A DNA stretch of 64,000 nucleotides, taken from Lingula anatina (lineage: Eukaryota; Animalia; Brachiopoda). Shown here in pieces: positions 39,685 to 53,600 of the stretch. The stretch spans positions 5,526,954 to 5,590,953 of the forward strand of contig CM120644.1 of NCBI GenBank assembly GCA_051362555.1, read 5' to 3'. Positions within the stretch are counted from its first letter, which is position 1. The number at the start of each line of letters is the position of its first letter. The translations under genes were made by a program, and so were the position numbers. Below the pieces are notes generated by a model. That model saw only the letters and a list, made by a program, of their open reading frames with translations, did no database searches and had not been told where the DNA came from.

Positions 39685-39944
39685 ACACACACACAAACAG
39701 ACATACACACAAACACACGCAGACACACACACACAGTGGCTTATCTTGATAAAGCATTTACCGATATCCCCATTTTATCCTTAAAATGAAGTGAAACTGC
39801 TGAAAACAAAACATTAACTGAACGGAAATGAGGGCAAATGTTATTAATTGTCTACTCCCATTTCACGCTTGTCTATACAGCTGGCTTGCAACCAGATACA
39901 AAATATTACATAATTATAATCGGCCATTATGTATATATAACGTT

Positions 39945-40937
39945 ATGGGTCGGGATAAACCGTGGTAAATAACAGAATTCCACAGGGAATGTTGGTAGTG
40001 GAGAAAAAAAACGAGGGAGTGGAAATGTTGATAGAATGGGCAAGCAAACAACGTGAAGATCATGAACACCTTCTCCAGAAAGAAAACATCAATAAGATGG
40101 ACATGGGAAGGTCCAGATGAAAAAAAAATGAATGAGATTGATTTCCTCATGACAAACAGACCAAACATATTCAGTGATGTGAACGTAATTAACAGACTAA
40201 ATATTGGTAGAGAACACTATAGGCCCTAACAGATGAAAGCCTCAGGTGTGGGTTAAAATGATTCCAGCAATACAAATGTAATGTTTGGACCACTAACCAT
40301 CCCTTGTACAATGAAGGTCAACAACAAGGAGATAGAAGCAGTAGAAGAGTATGTATATCGTTAGCAACGGTTCAGCCTCAGCGATAAAACTCTGGAAAAA
40401 GAAATCCCAAGAATAATAAATGCAGGATGGACAGCGTTTACAAAGCACAAAGATATATTGAGAAGCAATCTCCCTACCTGTCTGAAAAGGAAAGTGTTCA
40501 GTGCCATCTGTCACCTTTGATTTAGAGACATGGACAATGAATACATCCATGGAAAAAAAGCTACAAATGGCACAGAAAAAGATAGAAAGAAGTATGTTAA
40601 ACATTAGAGTATGAGATAGGATGACCATCAAGTGGATAAGAGAACAGACCAAAGTGAAGGATGTGCTTCTTATAGTTAAAGAAATGAAATGGGGATAGGT
40701 AGGACATATCAGTAGAATCAAAGATAACAGATGAATTATAAGGGTGACAGAATGGACACCAAGATATAGACATAGGAAACAAGGGAAGCCTCTGAAAAGA
40801 TGGAGGAATTAATTAGACGAATGCTGGAAAAAATTAACAAACTGGAAGTGTGAAGCCCAAGACAAAATACGCTAGAATGCCTTTGTCAAACAATGAAACA
40901 CTTTTGGCTATGAATGATGATGATGATGATGATGATG
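39945..40937 (+). mobile_element. Degenerate RTE-clade LINE, paralogue of 20580-21915
   Basis: WTWEGPD..NEIDFLM motif, the same 3' region and (GAT)n tail, and a larger internal deletion. Confidence 0.8.
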
Positions 40938-41611
40938 ACAAAAAGTCCCAAAACAATTCTGAGATTTCCGGAATCATGTTTTGGTGTTTTTTTGTTTATC
41001 AAAGCCTGTATTTAATAACCTAAGTTACTTACTTTTTTCCTGCAGTGAAGAACCACGGAATCAGAGCATGGCTAGAGAATGTGCCAGTCAAAGCTCTTGC
41101 AATTCTCTTGTAATTCTCACGATGACTATTAACATGGTGGTTGCAAGCATGTCATCTATTCATTACAACCTTGATTTTCACATAGTCCTGAGGAAGTTGA
41201 TAGGCCAAGAAATTTTACCCAAATTTCTACGTACTTCACCACCCAAAATTATAACAATTGTTACTTTTAACGAATGCAATATTCATTTTCATTGCAACAC
41301 AGTTAAAGTAGATGTGCCATTCCAAAAAAAAAAAAAAAAAAAAATGATAACTTTGTCTTAGATTTGGACAATTTTGAAAGCAAGTCAAATGGTTCAAACC
41401 TTTGTATCTTATATGGCGGGTGATCCCTAATTTCTTTTAGGTATTTGTGTCAGGTCTAGGGTCAATTGTGTGGAGAAATATGAAATGGGACCAAACAGTT
41501 AATTACATTTACCCCCATTCCATTTTATTTCGACATTTCTACCTATGTATAATGGTAAACTGCAAATATTGGCAAATGATTTTGTGTCGGGTTATGTGCC
41601 ACTGTGCGCGC

Positions 41612-41666
<55 letters not shown>

Positions 41667-42089
41667 AGCCAAGTGATGAATAACACTCATTTACTCTCTG
41701 TGTTGCATTAAGTATATAAATTCGTACTTTAATATCACTCTCCCATTCCCTTCATCTCCCCATCTGCCTTCGTCTCGGTGGTGTATGTGAAAAGACAATT
41801 CTAATCTTTGCAAGTAGTTTTTTTTTACAAATAATACAGACCCTTAAACAAAGACTTACGTCCGGAAGAATGTTCAGTTCCAGTCGAAAAATAGTATATA
41901 ACATATGAGAGGTGCTAAGTGTTCGATGAGGTCTGTTGCATCCAGCAGTTACTCTCCAATGTATGTTGAAAAATGATATGATGACATTATCATTCATTTC
42001 AGACAGTCATATCACACGTCATCAGTGCACAGTATACTGTAAAATGGCATTTTATCTGAAACATATATTGGCCGTACAGAAACCTTGTA

Positions 42090-43922
42090 TCAGTGCTGCC
42101 TCTCTGCCTCTCCAGTATCATAAAACCAACGCCTCATGCTAAGAATCTTGGTGTTTTTCAGATAGTAGTCTTGGGTAGTTATAAAGCCTGGTGTACTTAT
42201 AATGTGACTAATGAGTATAAAATCGCTGTGCCATGGAATTGTATTGTTGGTCTTGTACATGTACAGCAAATGTTATTCCTGTCTTCCTCCAATATGGCAA
42301 GATACAGGTAATTATCTAACGATTATAGACGTCGAGTTATTAACCTGAAGAGGCTGAATATATGTCAATGTCAGAATATCGATACAGTTGAATTGTTCAG
42401 TCAGAACTGTGCATAGGGTCTGGTCTCGGTATAGAAACACTGGATCAAGAGACAAATTGCCTCTGATGGGTCGTCCAAGAAAAAACTACTGACCGTGAAG
42501 ACCGACGACAGATTTTGATGTCCAGGTTGTCAAGTTTCGACTTTGCTTGTCAGTTGACAACACAGTGGAACAATTTCGGTTACAATTTCAGTTACATGCT
42601 CAGAGAGTGTACAGCAGAATAGCAAGACTGAAACCTTTTACCTGTATATCGTTACAAAACAGGCAACGTAGAGTGAACTAGGGCCAACTAGGGCCAACAG
42701 GATCTGGAACTGGACAGTCCATGGTCTGACCTCTGATGACAGACGGGTCCGATGCTGGCGAACTGCTGGTAAAGCATTTGAACCACGTGCACTGAACTTT
42801 TCGAACCCGGAGCAGCATATATATCCATCATGGTGTGGGGCTGCATCAGCATCTATGGCGTTGGTGAATTGGTAGTGGTTGATGGAAAAATCAATTACCA
42901 TAAATATATCGATGTTTTGGAGTCAGGCTTGTTACCATCTATTACTAACATGTTTGGTGACAGGAATTATCCATTTGTTAACCAGGATGACAATGCTCCT
43001 TGTCGATCACAGACCCAGAGCAGTTGATGATTGGTATGACCAACAGGACATTCGCAGGGTGATGTGGCCTGCCCAGAGTCCGGATGCAAAAATATTGGAT
43101 AATGTGTGGAATGATATGTCAAAACATTTGACAAATGCCCGTCCAACCAGCAGACAAGCTCTGTTAGATTCAGTGTTTCATGCATGGGCCAGCATAAGCC
43201 CTGAACGCAACATTTTATGAATCCTTGCCTCGCAGGCTGGAAGCTATTATTAGGTCAGGTGGCTATTCCACTAAGTACTAATATTGGACTTGAAACTGCA
43301 TATCTGGTAGAATGTATATTTTGTTCTCATTTTTTTTTTTTTTTTTTGTGAAATTTAATGTTAATAAAATGATACCAGGAGCATATCATTCCACAGTCAT
43401 TTAACGCCCCCATAGTATTGGTTCAGTAGGGGTGACACTTCTATTGTCCAGTGTGTGCAGATTGGATTACTGTAATTCTATTTTATATGGTTGTCAAAAA
43501 AAAAAAAAAAAAAAAAAAAGATTAAAAGACTGCAGCTATTCAGAACATCTCAGCTAGATTATAAACCCGTACATCCATGAGTAACCATATCACCCCAGTT
43601 TTAAAAGAGTTACATTGGCTACCTCTGCAAGCCAGAATTTTATTTAAATTTCTAGTCTTTGTCCATGATGCTTTTTACAAAGTTGGGCCGATATACTTAA
43701 ATGAATTAGTCACTCACTATATTCCAGCAAGAAACCTGCGGTTTGTAGACATTGTTACTTGAGTCGGTTAAAATGTGCCTAAAAACTTATGGTAACATTT
43801 CTTTTAAATCAGCAGGTCCAAAGGAATGGACTTTATTACCAGTGGAAATCCGATCAATTGAGTCTACCAAAAAATTTAAGAAAGAATTGAAGACATACCT
43901 CTTCAGGAAATATTTTGATTAA
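42090..43922 (+). mobile_element. L2/CR1-clade LINE 3' relic interrupted by a Tc1 element
   Basis: HAKNLGVF at ~42135-42160, RLDYCNSILYG at ~43459-43490 and HITPVLKELHWLP at ~43586-43625. Confidence 0.7.
42290..43457 (+). mobile_element. Degenerate Tc1 transposase
   Basis: MVWGCISIYGVG, NQDDNAPC and WPAQSPDAKILDNVW motifs in shifted frames, ending GGYSTKY*. The left TIR was not found. Confidence 0.8.
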
Positions 43923-44270
43923 TCGACTTTTAAATTGATTTTACAAATTTTATAGTAATTGCATTTTTGCACTTTGAGAAATAAAGATGTTCTACTTATA
44001 ATCTTTTCTGTGTGCAAATAAGGCTGTTTCTTTCCTAGAACTGATTGCTTTTTTTTATAAGAAACATATTTTAGTTATGTACTGTATGTGCTTTTATGTG
44101 AGAATCCGTAAATTTTATCGAGAATACTACTAATAATTTTTTTTTTTTTTTGTCGTTAAGTTCTGTAATTTTTCATTTATCTACTCCTAATAATTAACTT
44201 CTTAAGAATTTGTTTTATGTATACGTAAAGTCTTCTGAACATGTTAGTATGGATTTTAAACTCAAAATAA

Positions 44271-44272
<2 letters not shown>

Positions 44273-44322
<50 letters not shown>
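44273..44322. repeat. (ATT)n microsatellite
   Basis: Read directly. Confidence 0.95.
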
Positions 44323-44326
<4 letters not shown>

Positions 44327-45545
44327 GTCATTTAAGTATTATGGTGTGCATACTTTTTTCCTAAAATAAAACTTTCTTTATAATACTAAAATCATATACA
44401 CACGTGCGCACGCGTACTCTCTCTTTTTCGCACAGGGAGGAAGTGTTCTTGTAGTCTGATAGTCTGATGTGAACTAGTTCAGTTGTTTGCTTCAAGTTCA
44501 CAACACATTGCTCACAAAAAATATTTCTAATCTGTCGCAATCAAAGAAAGTATACGCTTTTCTCTCTCATTCTTACAAAGTATAATTTTTGTACCAAACC
44601 AAAAATTTTAAAAGGTGCAATGCTAGGTTGTATTCAAAAGAAATAATGGACCACAGGCAATGCAGTAGTAGAACCGAAGTTGTCTTTAATTGTCCCTTTC
44701 TTGCCTTTTTTAATCTTTTTTGGGTCATGAATGAAAGTCGTGGGGCTCGACTGAAAAAGAATCTAAAAGATGTAACGAAATCACTATTTTTGTCATATAA
44801 AATGACAGGAGATATTTTCCAAAATTTGAGATGTTTTTAAATTAACGTGTAAAATTGAGGAAAAATATGGGGAACATATCCCAAACACGACCAAACCGCA
44901 CGACAATTCATCGCTGCTCTTATATGTGAGCCACTTCTCACAACATCGGGACCATACACTTACATTTTTACGGGATATGCTAAGAGTTACCAAGCAGAGC
45001 AACCATTTCATTTCTTTTCTTGAATGATTTTGTTATAAAATTGGAGAGGGACACAAAAATAAATTTGTTGGCACTGTTAAATACTTGGCATAATTGACTG
45101 TCTGGTTACCTTGTATCAGCTTTTAGGGTTGAGATTTTACTAAAAAAAAAAAGGTGTTTCGGTCTCCGAGGCCTGTCAATCCTTAAAAGCACCCCCCCCC
45201 CTTAAAAAATTCTGGATCCGCTCCTGGGATTATAATAAACGCCAATGAGCTCTGTCTTAATTTGAACGTATTGAAATATAATACCCTTTTGGAATATTCC
45301 ATTATTTTCAACAAGAGTGTTTACATATATTGACTGTATTGGCATGCTTTACAAATTGTACCACGTTTACCTGGGGACCTAACTCCTTTTCACAAGTTCT
45401 GCATAAGCTTGCTTCCTGTTCTTTACTTTCTTTGTAGGAAGTATTGAGCGCAGGTCCTCATATGTGTCTCTCTTACATAGTAAAAGCTACGCGGATGCTC
45501 AGATTTAAGAACACCTTAAAAACTCCACATGCATTGACGAAAATT

Positions 45546-48500
45546 TTTTTTTTTATTCAGTAGCAAATAAATATATAATCTTACATTTTTACATTTTTTG
45601 ACTTATGAATCGCACACAAACACCCACACACACACACACACATTTACATACTTTCTCTCTCAGTAAAAAAAAAAGGTTGTACAGTTACAGTATTGCATAA
45701 ACGGGTAGAGATTGACAGTTCTTGTTGTTAACATTACAATTGAATTCTAAGAGATATATCATCAGCTGGTTGCTTGTCAATTAAGTTGTAATATGCGATC
45801 AATATTTTCCCATTTTCTTTTAACATGTTGTTGTTTTTGGTCGGTATACATATATAAAGAATATAAACAAATATTTCTGTAATAATTAACGTACTGTCTG
45901 GTTCCTTCCCATGTTGGGATTTCTGTTTTCGTTCTACATAAACTAATATATTTCTTAATTATTAAGATAAGTAGATAAAAACCTTTTATGTCATATGATT
46001 ACACAAGCCCGAGTATAAAAATCTCGGGAGATCTCTCAATTACAATGCCTAAATTTTCTTTTACGGAACAAATGACACACGTCCAAACATTCTGTACATG
46101 AGGGCAATCCCAGAACGCGTGAAGAATAGTTTCTCTGGCAGCATTACAAAATCCACACTGTTCTGATTCTTTTTTAGAAATTTTCATAAGATAAACATTT
46201 GTACTAAATATTCTGTGATTTATTCTAAATTGAAGTGTCTGCAGTTTCGTGTCATCTGTTTCTTGGAAGGGGGATCTAAATATTAGTTGCCAATCGTCAT
46301 TATTAAAGGATATTTTAATATTTTCGTGCCATTTACTTTTACTTTTGTTGGGTGATATAGTGTGGCCTTGGAGGAATTTTCTATAGAAGTATCTGGATGG
46401 TTTGGTAACTTTTTTAATCGAGTCAATTATTTCGTGGAACACGGTTTGTAATTTTCTTCCATTAGTGGAGATAGTTTTACGCCATTCAGCTGGTATGCTC
46501 TTTTGAATACTCAAGTATTCCAGAAAGTTTGCGTTTAGGTTGAATTTTTCGTTGAGTTCCTCTAGAGAGAGGAAATTTCCAACATTGTTTATAATATCAT
46601 TAATGTAGAAAATACCATTTTTGCACCATCTTTTATGGAAGATAGTTTTTTCATTTATTTTAATTTTTGAGTTTTTCCATAGTGGTTGTGATAAGATTTC
46701 TTCTGGGGTTATACTGGGGTTTTCCTGAATTTCACTCAAAGAATCAATAACATTTTGCCAAAAGGGGTTATTCGTTGCTTGTAGCGTTTTTAATCCACCT
46801 TTGGTCAAGGTCCATATTTTATTACCCCCGATTTCAGACAGTTCACTGAGAAAGAGCGCTTTCCACTTGCTTTTGTTTTCTTCGTCCAAAAGTCTTTTTA
46901 GCCATGAAAGTTTTAGTGCCTTAGTAAAAAGTTTTATTTGTGGTACCTTAAGCCCTCCATTTTCGTAATCAGACACCATTGTTGCTCGTTTTATTTTGTC
47001 TCTTTTCCCATTCCAGATAAAGTTAAATATGATTGTATCTATAGTTTTAAAGATATGGTCTGAGGGGTTTGATTTCTCAAGGACCAAACTTCCACGATAT
47101 TTTTTATTTTTTCAATTTTTTCTATAAAGTTAATTTCCCAATGGTTACTTTTTTCAATTCGTATTTTATACCAAGCAACTTTAATGCACCTTCATGATTC
47201 CATTTTATTTCTTTTTCAGTTTTGATGTTTTCGTAACATCCTCTTTTGGCCCCAATCCATATTGCTTCTGTTTTTTCGAGATTGGCTCTCAGGCCCGAAC
47301 ATTCAGAGAATGCAGTGATTAAATAGAAGACCCTGTTCAAGGAGAACTCGTCGTCTCCCAGTATAAGAGTTGTATCATCCGCATACGACGTAATAAGAAA
47401 CTCCGTAGTGTTTATATTAATTCCATTTACGTCAGGATCAGTCTTAACTGCGGCCGAGAAAATTTCTAAACAAAGAATAAAAAGATATGGGGACAGGGGG
47501 TCTCCCTGTCGTACACCCCTTTTTACCATAAAGAACTCCGAAAGATGGCCGTTATTTTGTATTGTAGAGGAGATATCAGTGTATAAGGTTTTAACCCACT
47601 GTTCCATTCTAAGGAATCAAATGCTTTTTCGTAATCAAGGAGAAGTATTAATCCGGGAATTTGTTCATTTTCTGTTCTTTCTATTAAATCATATACCAGT
47701 CTGGTGCATTCACCCATGAATCGGCCTTTTACAAACCCAAGCTGTGTGTCACTTATCAGTTTTTTCAAAAAAAGTTTCATACGGTTTGCAATGCAAGCTG
47801 AGGCAATTTTATAGTCGACATTTAGCAGGGAGATTGGTCTCCAGTTATTTAAGTAGTTTTTATCTTTGCCCGCCTTAGGGAGACAAGTTATAAGTCCTTG
47901 CCTCTGGCTTATTGACATACATTGTCTAATGAACGAAACGTTGAATGAGCGTACAATAAATTGTTTCAAGTCGGACCAAAAGAATTTATAGAATTCCACT
48001 GTGTATCCGTCGATACCAGGCGATCGGCCATTCTTCATGTTTTTTTAAAGCATTATGACATTCTAGCGTAGTAATTTCTTTCTCCATATAGTCGCGTTCC
48101 TCATCTGTTAATTTATTAATATGGGGATTGTCATTTCTCATAAATATCTGTCTGTGCACTTCAGTGAGTTCCGTTTTATCTGAAGAATAGAGGCTTTCAT
48201 AGTATCTTTTTTGTTCCTTAATAATATAATTCAATTTTGTCACTTCTGTCTTATCAGCTTTGACTAATTTTGCAATAGTTTTTTCGGTATAATTTCTCTT
48301 TTCTAAATTGCAGAAGTATATATCTACTACTTTTTTCTCCTTCCACTTTCCATCTGGATTTTGTTCTAATAATTATACCCTTTATCTTCTTTTCTCTAAG
48401 TTCTTTCAGTAACATTTCTAATCTACCGATTTCGTCTCTTACACTATCATAGTCCGGATGTTCAAAAAGTTGTTTTAATCGGTTTTCTATTACTTTTTCT

Positions 48501-50468
48501 TGATTATTACGTTCTTTCTTTTTGTAGGCCGAGTATTTTATTGTTTCTCCCCTGATCATTAGCTTCAGTGTTTCTCGTATACATTTTTTTACTATCTTTA
48601 TATATTCTTTGTCTGTAAGAAGGCTGTTATTAAATTTCCATGTTCCTGGTCCGCGTTCTTGGTTTAAAAATTTCAATTCAATCGTTACCGGAGAATGGTC
48701 TGATTTATAAGCAAAATCAATTTCTGCCTTTTTTAAATTATTCTGTAGATCTGAGGATATTAGAAAATAGTCTAGTCTAGCCCGTTTATGAGATGGCCCA
48801 AACCATGTATATCTTTTTTCTAAAGGATGAAGTTCTCTCCACTCATCCGTCAGATCAAAAGGATACATAATATTTTTTATGGCTTCATTCGACTTCGTAT
48901 TATTTTTATGCAGATAATTCAGTGTATCCATTTCATATTCCAAAGGGACATTCCAATCACCTGCAATGATAATTGAAGTATTATCTAAAAACTGTAGTCT
49001 ATTTTGGAGATTTTTAAAGAACGAGGGCTTATCATTGTTAGGTCCATACAAGGCAACTAGCGAGACTCGTGTGCCTTGCATAAGGGTGTCCAAAATAAGA
49101 AAGTTTCCTTCTAGATCTTTTATCTCATTAAATATTTTATATTCAAAGGTGTTTCTGAAAAGAATTGCCACCCCCCTGCTATTTGACTTGTATGAGCAGA
49201 ATCTGACATCTGCGCCCCACTCTTGCCTCCAAAGTATTTCATTATTCCTTGTGCTGTGAGTATCTATTAAGAATGTTACGTCATATTTTTCTCTACTTCT
49301 GACAAAGAAATTCCTTCTTTTAATTGGGTCCGAGGATAAGCCCCTGCAATTCAAGCTACCTACTTTAATCGAGTTCATGTTTAGATATTGAGGACGAAAA
49401 GTGTAGCAGAATGTTTATGTTGGGTCATTTGCTCCGTGCCATCAACCATCCAGACAAACATGTCAAACTTCGGATTTTCTGCCGCATATTTATATCCGGC
49501 AGTAAATATATTACGTTTTACAAAAAGTAGAATTATGTATACACAAATGTTTGATATATACTGTACGGTAGTTGTGCTGATACACATGAGTATCAACCTG
49601 ATTCTCACTGATTCATTTACGTACGCACACCGACTTTCACTCGCATTCTCGTTTTCATACATACACACACCAGTTTGCATCCTCTTCAGACATCTCAATT
49701 CAACGACTTGGTCATTTATCCATCCACAAGGGTTTCCGTCACACATAAATCCATTCAATGTTACATCAGGATGGACTCGATCAAAGACACACATATGTAT
49801 GTACAACTAAACGTGATACATAGCAAAGACAAACATGTCAAGTAGAAGAACATGCATAAAAAGACTAAATACATGTCCCAATTAAGGACACACAACAAAC
49901 AAAAATAGTAATAATAACAATGGACATGTTAGGGTTGGCTATCTTAGTTAGATACAGTCGGCTACTAATACATGCACTTGTATAGAAGACGAACATACAT
50001 TGTACTAAACCAGAAAATAAAAATTAAAAATAAATAAATAATAATAACAATAATAATAATAACAAATGGGTGTACATGTACATTAGTTAGGTTATACTGA
50101 AGTAAGAAAACTTGTAATAATAAAGGTGGATAACATATAATGGTAATCAAATGAAAATGAAATAAACATACTGAAGCTGGACATGTAAGGTAATATTATT
50201 ATATGGCAAGCCAAAAAAAACATAATGAAGGCGGATAACATATGATGGTAATGAACTGAAAATGAAATAAACATAATTAAGCTGGACATATAAGGTAATA
50301 ATAAGGCAAGTCGATTACAATTTTTATACTGTTAATGTCACGTTCACAGGCTAGAGTGAATTATTTACCTAAGAGTTCGGCACTTGCTATCGGGGAAGTC
50401 ATCACACAGCTATGAACCTCAGCTGGTATTTTTCTTACAAGAAAATTATGATAGCAGCGAGTTGTTAT
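45546..50468 (-). mobile_element. 5'-truncated L1/Tx1-clade LINE with frameshifted ORF2
   Basis: APE endonuclease at 48254-49378 (GSLNCRGL, GDWN, ARLDYFLIS, SDHSPV). RT at 47122-48243 (WRPISLLN, GVRQGDPLSPYLF, YADD). C-terminal CxxC..H..C at 45999-47087. AATAAA plus A-tail at ~45544-45557. 12-bp direct repeat TTGACGAAAATT at 45534-45545 and 50469-50480 as TSD. Confidence 0.92.
50060..50305. repeat. ~125-bp tandem repeat in the 5' non-coding part of the L1
   Basis: GGATAACATAT..GGTAAT..TGAAAATGAAATAAACATA..AAGCTGGACAT..AAGGTAATA occurs twice. Confidence 0.6.
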
Positions 50469-50651
50469 TTGACGAAAATTGTTTATTGACATTTTGATAA
50501 ACCGAATGGCTACAGTAAATGCCAATATAATTTCATTGATTCAACTCTTGTTTCAGTATTTGTTACTTTAATAATAACGGCTGCAATTTCATCATAGGTT
50601 ATTTGTGGTCATTTGCGGGAAGATTCCTTTTTGTCCTCTCTTAGGAATTGA

Positions 50652-53600
50652 TTACTGGGCTGGAACAAATGGAAAGATGCCAATTATATACTTACATTGC
50701 CTAACTCCACCACATGGTATGTGTGTATTTAAGTGTAATTTTTTTATATTAAAGAAAACAAGTGGCTTAAAACAAAGTGGTTAAAATTGTAAAGAACAGT
50801 GAAGTGTACATATGTGCTGCACAAGCATGAAAGCTCACACAAACCAACAATCACTTCTGCTTGATCGTTTGAGCTCAGTTTCTACATAATAACTCATATA
50901 CAGTATGGGATTAAATGCTACCCTTTTTTCGTCAGAGTTTGATTTAAAATTGGATACGTTTGGCCTTCTTAGTAGAAATGTGTCCATAAAATCAAACAGG
51001 TGCTGAACAGGTAAAATATTACCCAATTCAATTAATATTTGATGAGGTGTCAGATGCACATTAACATCGGGGCGTAGGTAAGCTCAGCATTTGAGTGTTT
51101 ATGGGCACATTGTAGGAGAAGGCGTAAGCTTAGATATACAGTTAATCCTTGCGCAAATCATTTTAAATGTTCTGAGTGTATGAGAAGCGAAATACCGGTA
51201 CAATGCACCAGAATTACTTTTTCCACTCAACAGCTTGGGAATTCAAAAAAGACTTACCAGTGCAGTTCACATATGGGTTACCTTCGAAGCCATTTTCACA
51301 AATACAAAATTGGTGAGTTTTTTGATTGCATCCATCGTTATTATCAAGCATGTCCTCTAATCCCCATTTTTTTTCAACAACGCATTTCGCATTTCCCCCA
51401 CAAGGCACTGAAAACGTAAAATACCGTTTTGCAGTGAAGAGCCAAATTTATTGTCACTTTGAGTCGACAAAAATAGCATTATCACATGGCGCACTTCACT
51501 TAAATTTATGCCATGACAATAATTGAAATATGTTAGTAATTTTCTGAGGATTATACTAAAACCGATTGACCTAACCTTCTACTGTAGAGCATCTTGCTCG
51601 CATTCATATCAGTTGTATTATTCATTAAAAGCTGTGGCATCCACCTGTAACATCTCATTGTTATACCTGTAAATTTGATTTTTCCGACAAACAACTACAG
51701 CGTACCTTTATTGCAAGTGGGTCCCCATATAGCCCCAGGGCACATGCACTTGAAACTGCCATCACGATTTTTACAGGTACCGTTATTTAGGCAAGGCTGA
51801 TTATTGCACTCGTTGATATCTGGAAAAAAAATTAAATTCGAACCCTTTCCTGGCAGACAACCGTATATACAATTCAAAACCAAACGCATATATCGTTTTA
51901 GCTCATAAACTACAGGGTTACTACTTAATATGGAATATTATTTTTTGGCGAGTTAATTTTCAACAAAATATTTATTATATCTTTAACTACTTTAAATCCA
52001 AAACTGAGGTGTCACTCTATGCGTAGCCGGGTGTGTTACCTTATTACCACACAACTCTCGAAACAATTGATGCATGCAATTGCATGTTCTGTGGTCAGAA
52101 ATGTGAGGGGTGGTCTTTTCGGCAATTTCTGCCCTTGTATAAAAACGCATGGGTTTGACCAATCTTTGGAGTGTATTTAGAGAAGCAACAAAGGGATCGC
52201 TCTGAAACTTGACAGGTACCTTAGAAAAGATACGGTTCGACAGCTAAGCAACGCAGCTTAGTATGGGATTCTTGCTGTCAGAGAAAATGGCCAGAAACGG
52301 ACAGCCATTGCCAGGCAATGCAACATTTATCAGGAACCGTTAGTAAAGTCCTCCAAAGAAATGCTGCAACAGGGGCACCTACTCCAATACCTCGACCAGG
52401 GTGTCCGCGTATCACACCAAGAAGACAGGATTGCCTTCGCCTTAGAGTGCGCCGTGCTGGTCGTACAAAGACAACCAGTGCCCTCAGAAAAGAGTGGCAG
52501 AATGTCATTCAAACGCCCGTTTCAAGGTCCCTCGTGAACAAGAGATTACTGCAAGCCGGTTATTTTGCACAAAGACCAGTAGGGAAACAACTGTTAACAG
52601 CAGGTCATATACAGCGACGTCTGCAATGGGTTGGGGACCACGCGCGTTTGCAGCCAAAACACTGGAATCACGTCGTTTTCGGTGATGAAGCCAGATATGG
52701 AGTTTTTAAGGTTGACGGTCGAATCCGTGTCCGCCGACGTGTACGAGAGGCATAAAACGATGATTGTGTACTGCCTAGGGTGCAAGCAGGGGGTGTTAAC
52801 GTCTCTGTTTGGGGAGCAATTTATGACCAGGCCCAGAACCAGTTGGTTTTTCTAGGAGGCAACCTCAACCAGGGTTCCTACAAAGACATTTTACAGCAAA
52901 CAATGCTTCGATTTGTAAGGGTCATCTTCTGGAACAACTTTGTGTACCAAGACGACTGCGCAACCCCACATCGATCTCGCAGAATCACTGTTTTTCTTCG
53001 AAACCAATGGGTTCAGCAACTGCCCTGGCCTGCAAACTTCCTAAATATATACCCAATTGAAAATCTGTGGGCGGAAGTAACTCACAGAATTAATAGCTAT
53101 GGTCATCGGTAGGTAAATAGTGATGAACTGCGACAGGCAAATATGCGTGGAATGATATCCCCATCCAAACTCTATAAAACTTGTCACAGGGTATGCCATG
53201 TAGGATGAGGGCACTGCAAGCGGCTGCTGGAGGTCATACCCGCTATTGATAACCTTTCATGATTTACTGTAATGAGTTCTTTGACTGTGTAACATATCAC
53301 TGTCCGGAGGCTATCATTTTCTTTGACACCTTAGCTTAAAACTAATACTGACATCAAACTGTTGATATGGTTTTCTGGGGGTGTTCTTTTCTTTTGAATG
53401 ATATCTTATGTCAGATTTGATATTATTGACCAAAGTATCTCACAGCAGAATACTGGATATTTTTATCACTCAATGACATACATACTTTTTTGATGAATCA
53501 AGCCAAAAAGAAATTTAATCAGCACTCAAAAATAACAATGATAAAATTCCATATTAAGTAGTAACCCTGTAGTTACACAAAAAGCTATAGTTCTAAATGG

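Larger units (their letters stand above)
27325..41650. repeat. Segmental duplication unit B (paralogous to 1-~22720)
   Basis: Direct-orientation homology with unit A, including shared MITEs and the RTE relic. Confidence 0.9.

Noticed and set aside
1-41650. Copies A and B as two haplotypes mis-assembled in tandem
   Set aside because: Many copy-specific transposon indels, clustered amino-acid changes and unique spacer DNA (22720-26780) favour true paralogues. It is not fully excluded without read-depth data.
49381-49810. Two overlapping ~140-aa ORFs as L1 ORF1 or a host gene
   Set aside because: No coiled-coil, RRM or zinc-knuckle features. They lie in the non-coding region 5' of ORF2 of a truncated element.
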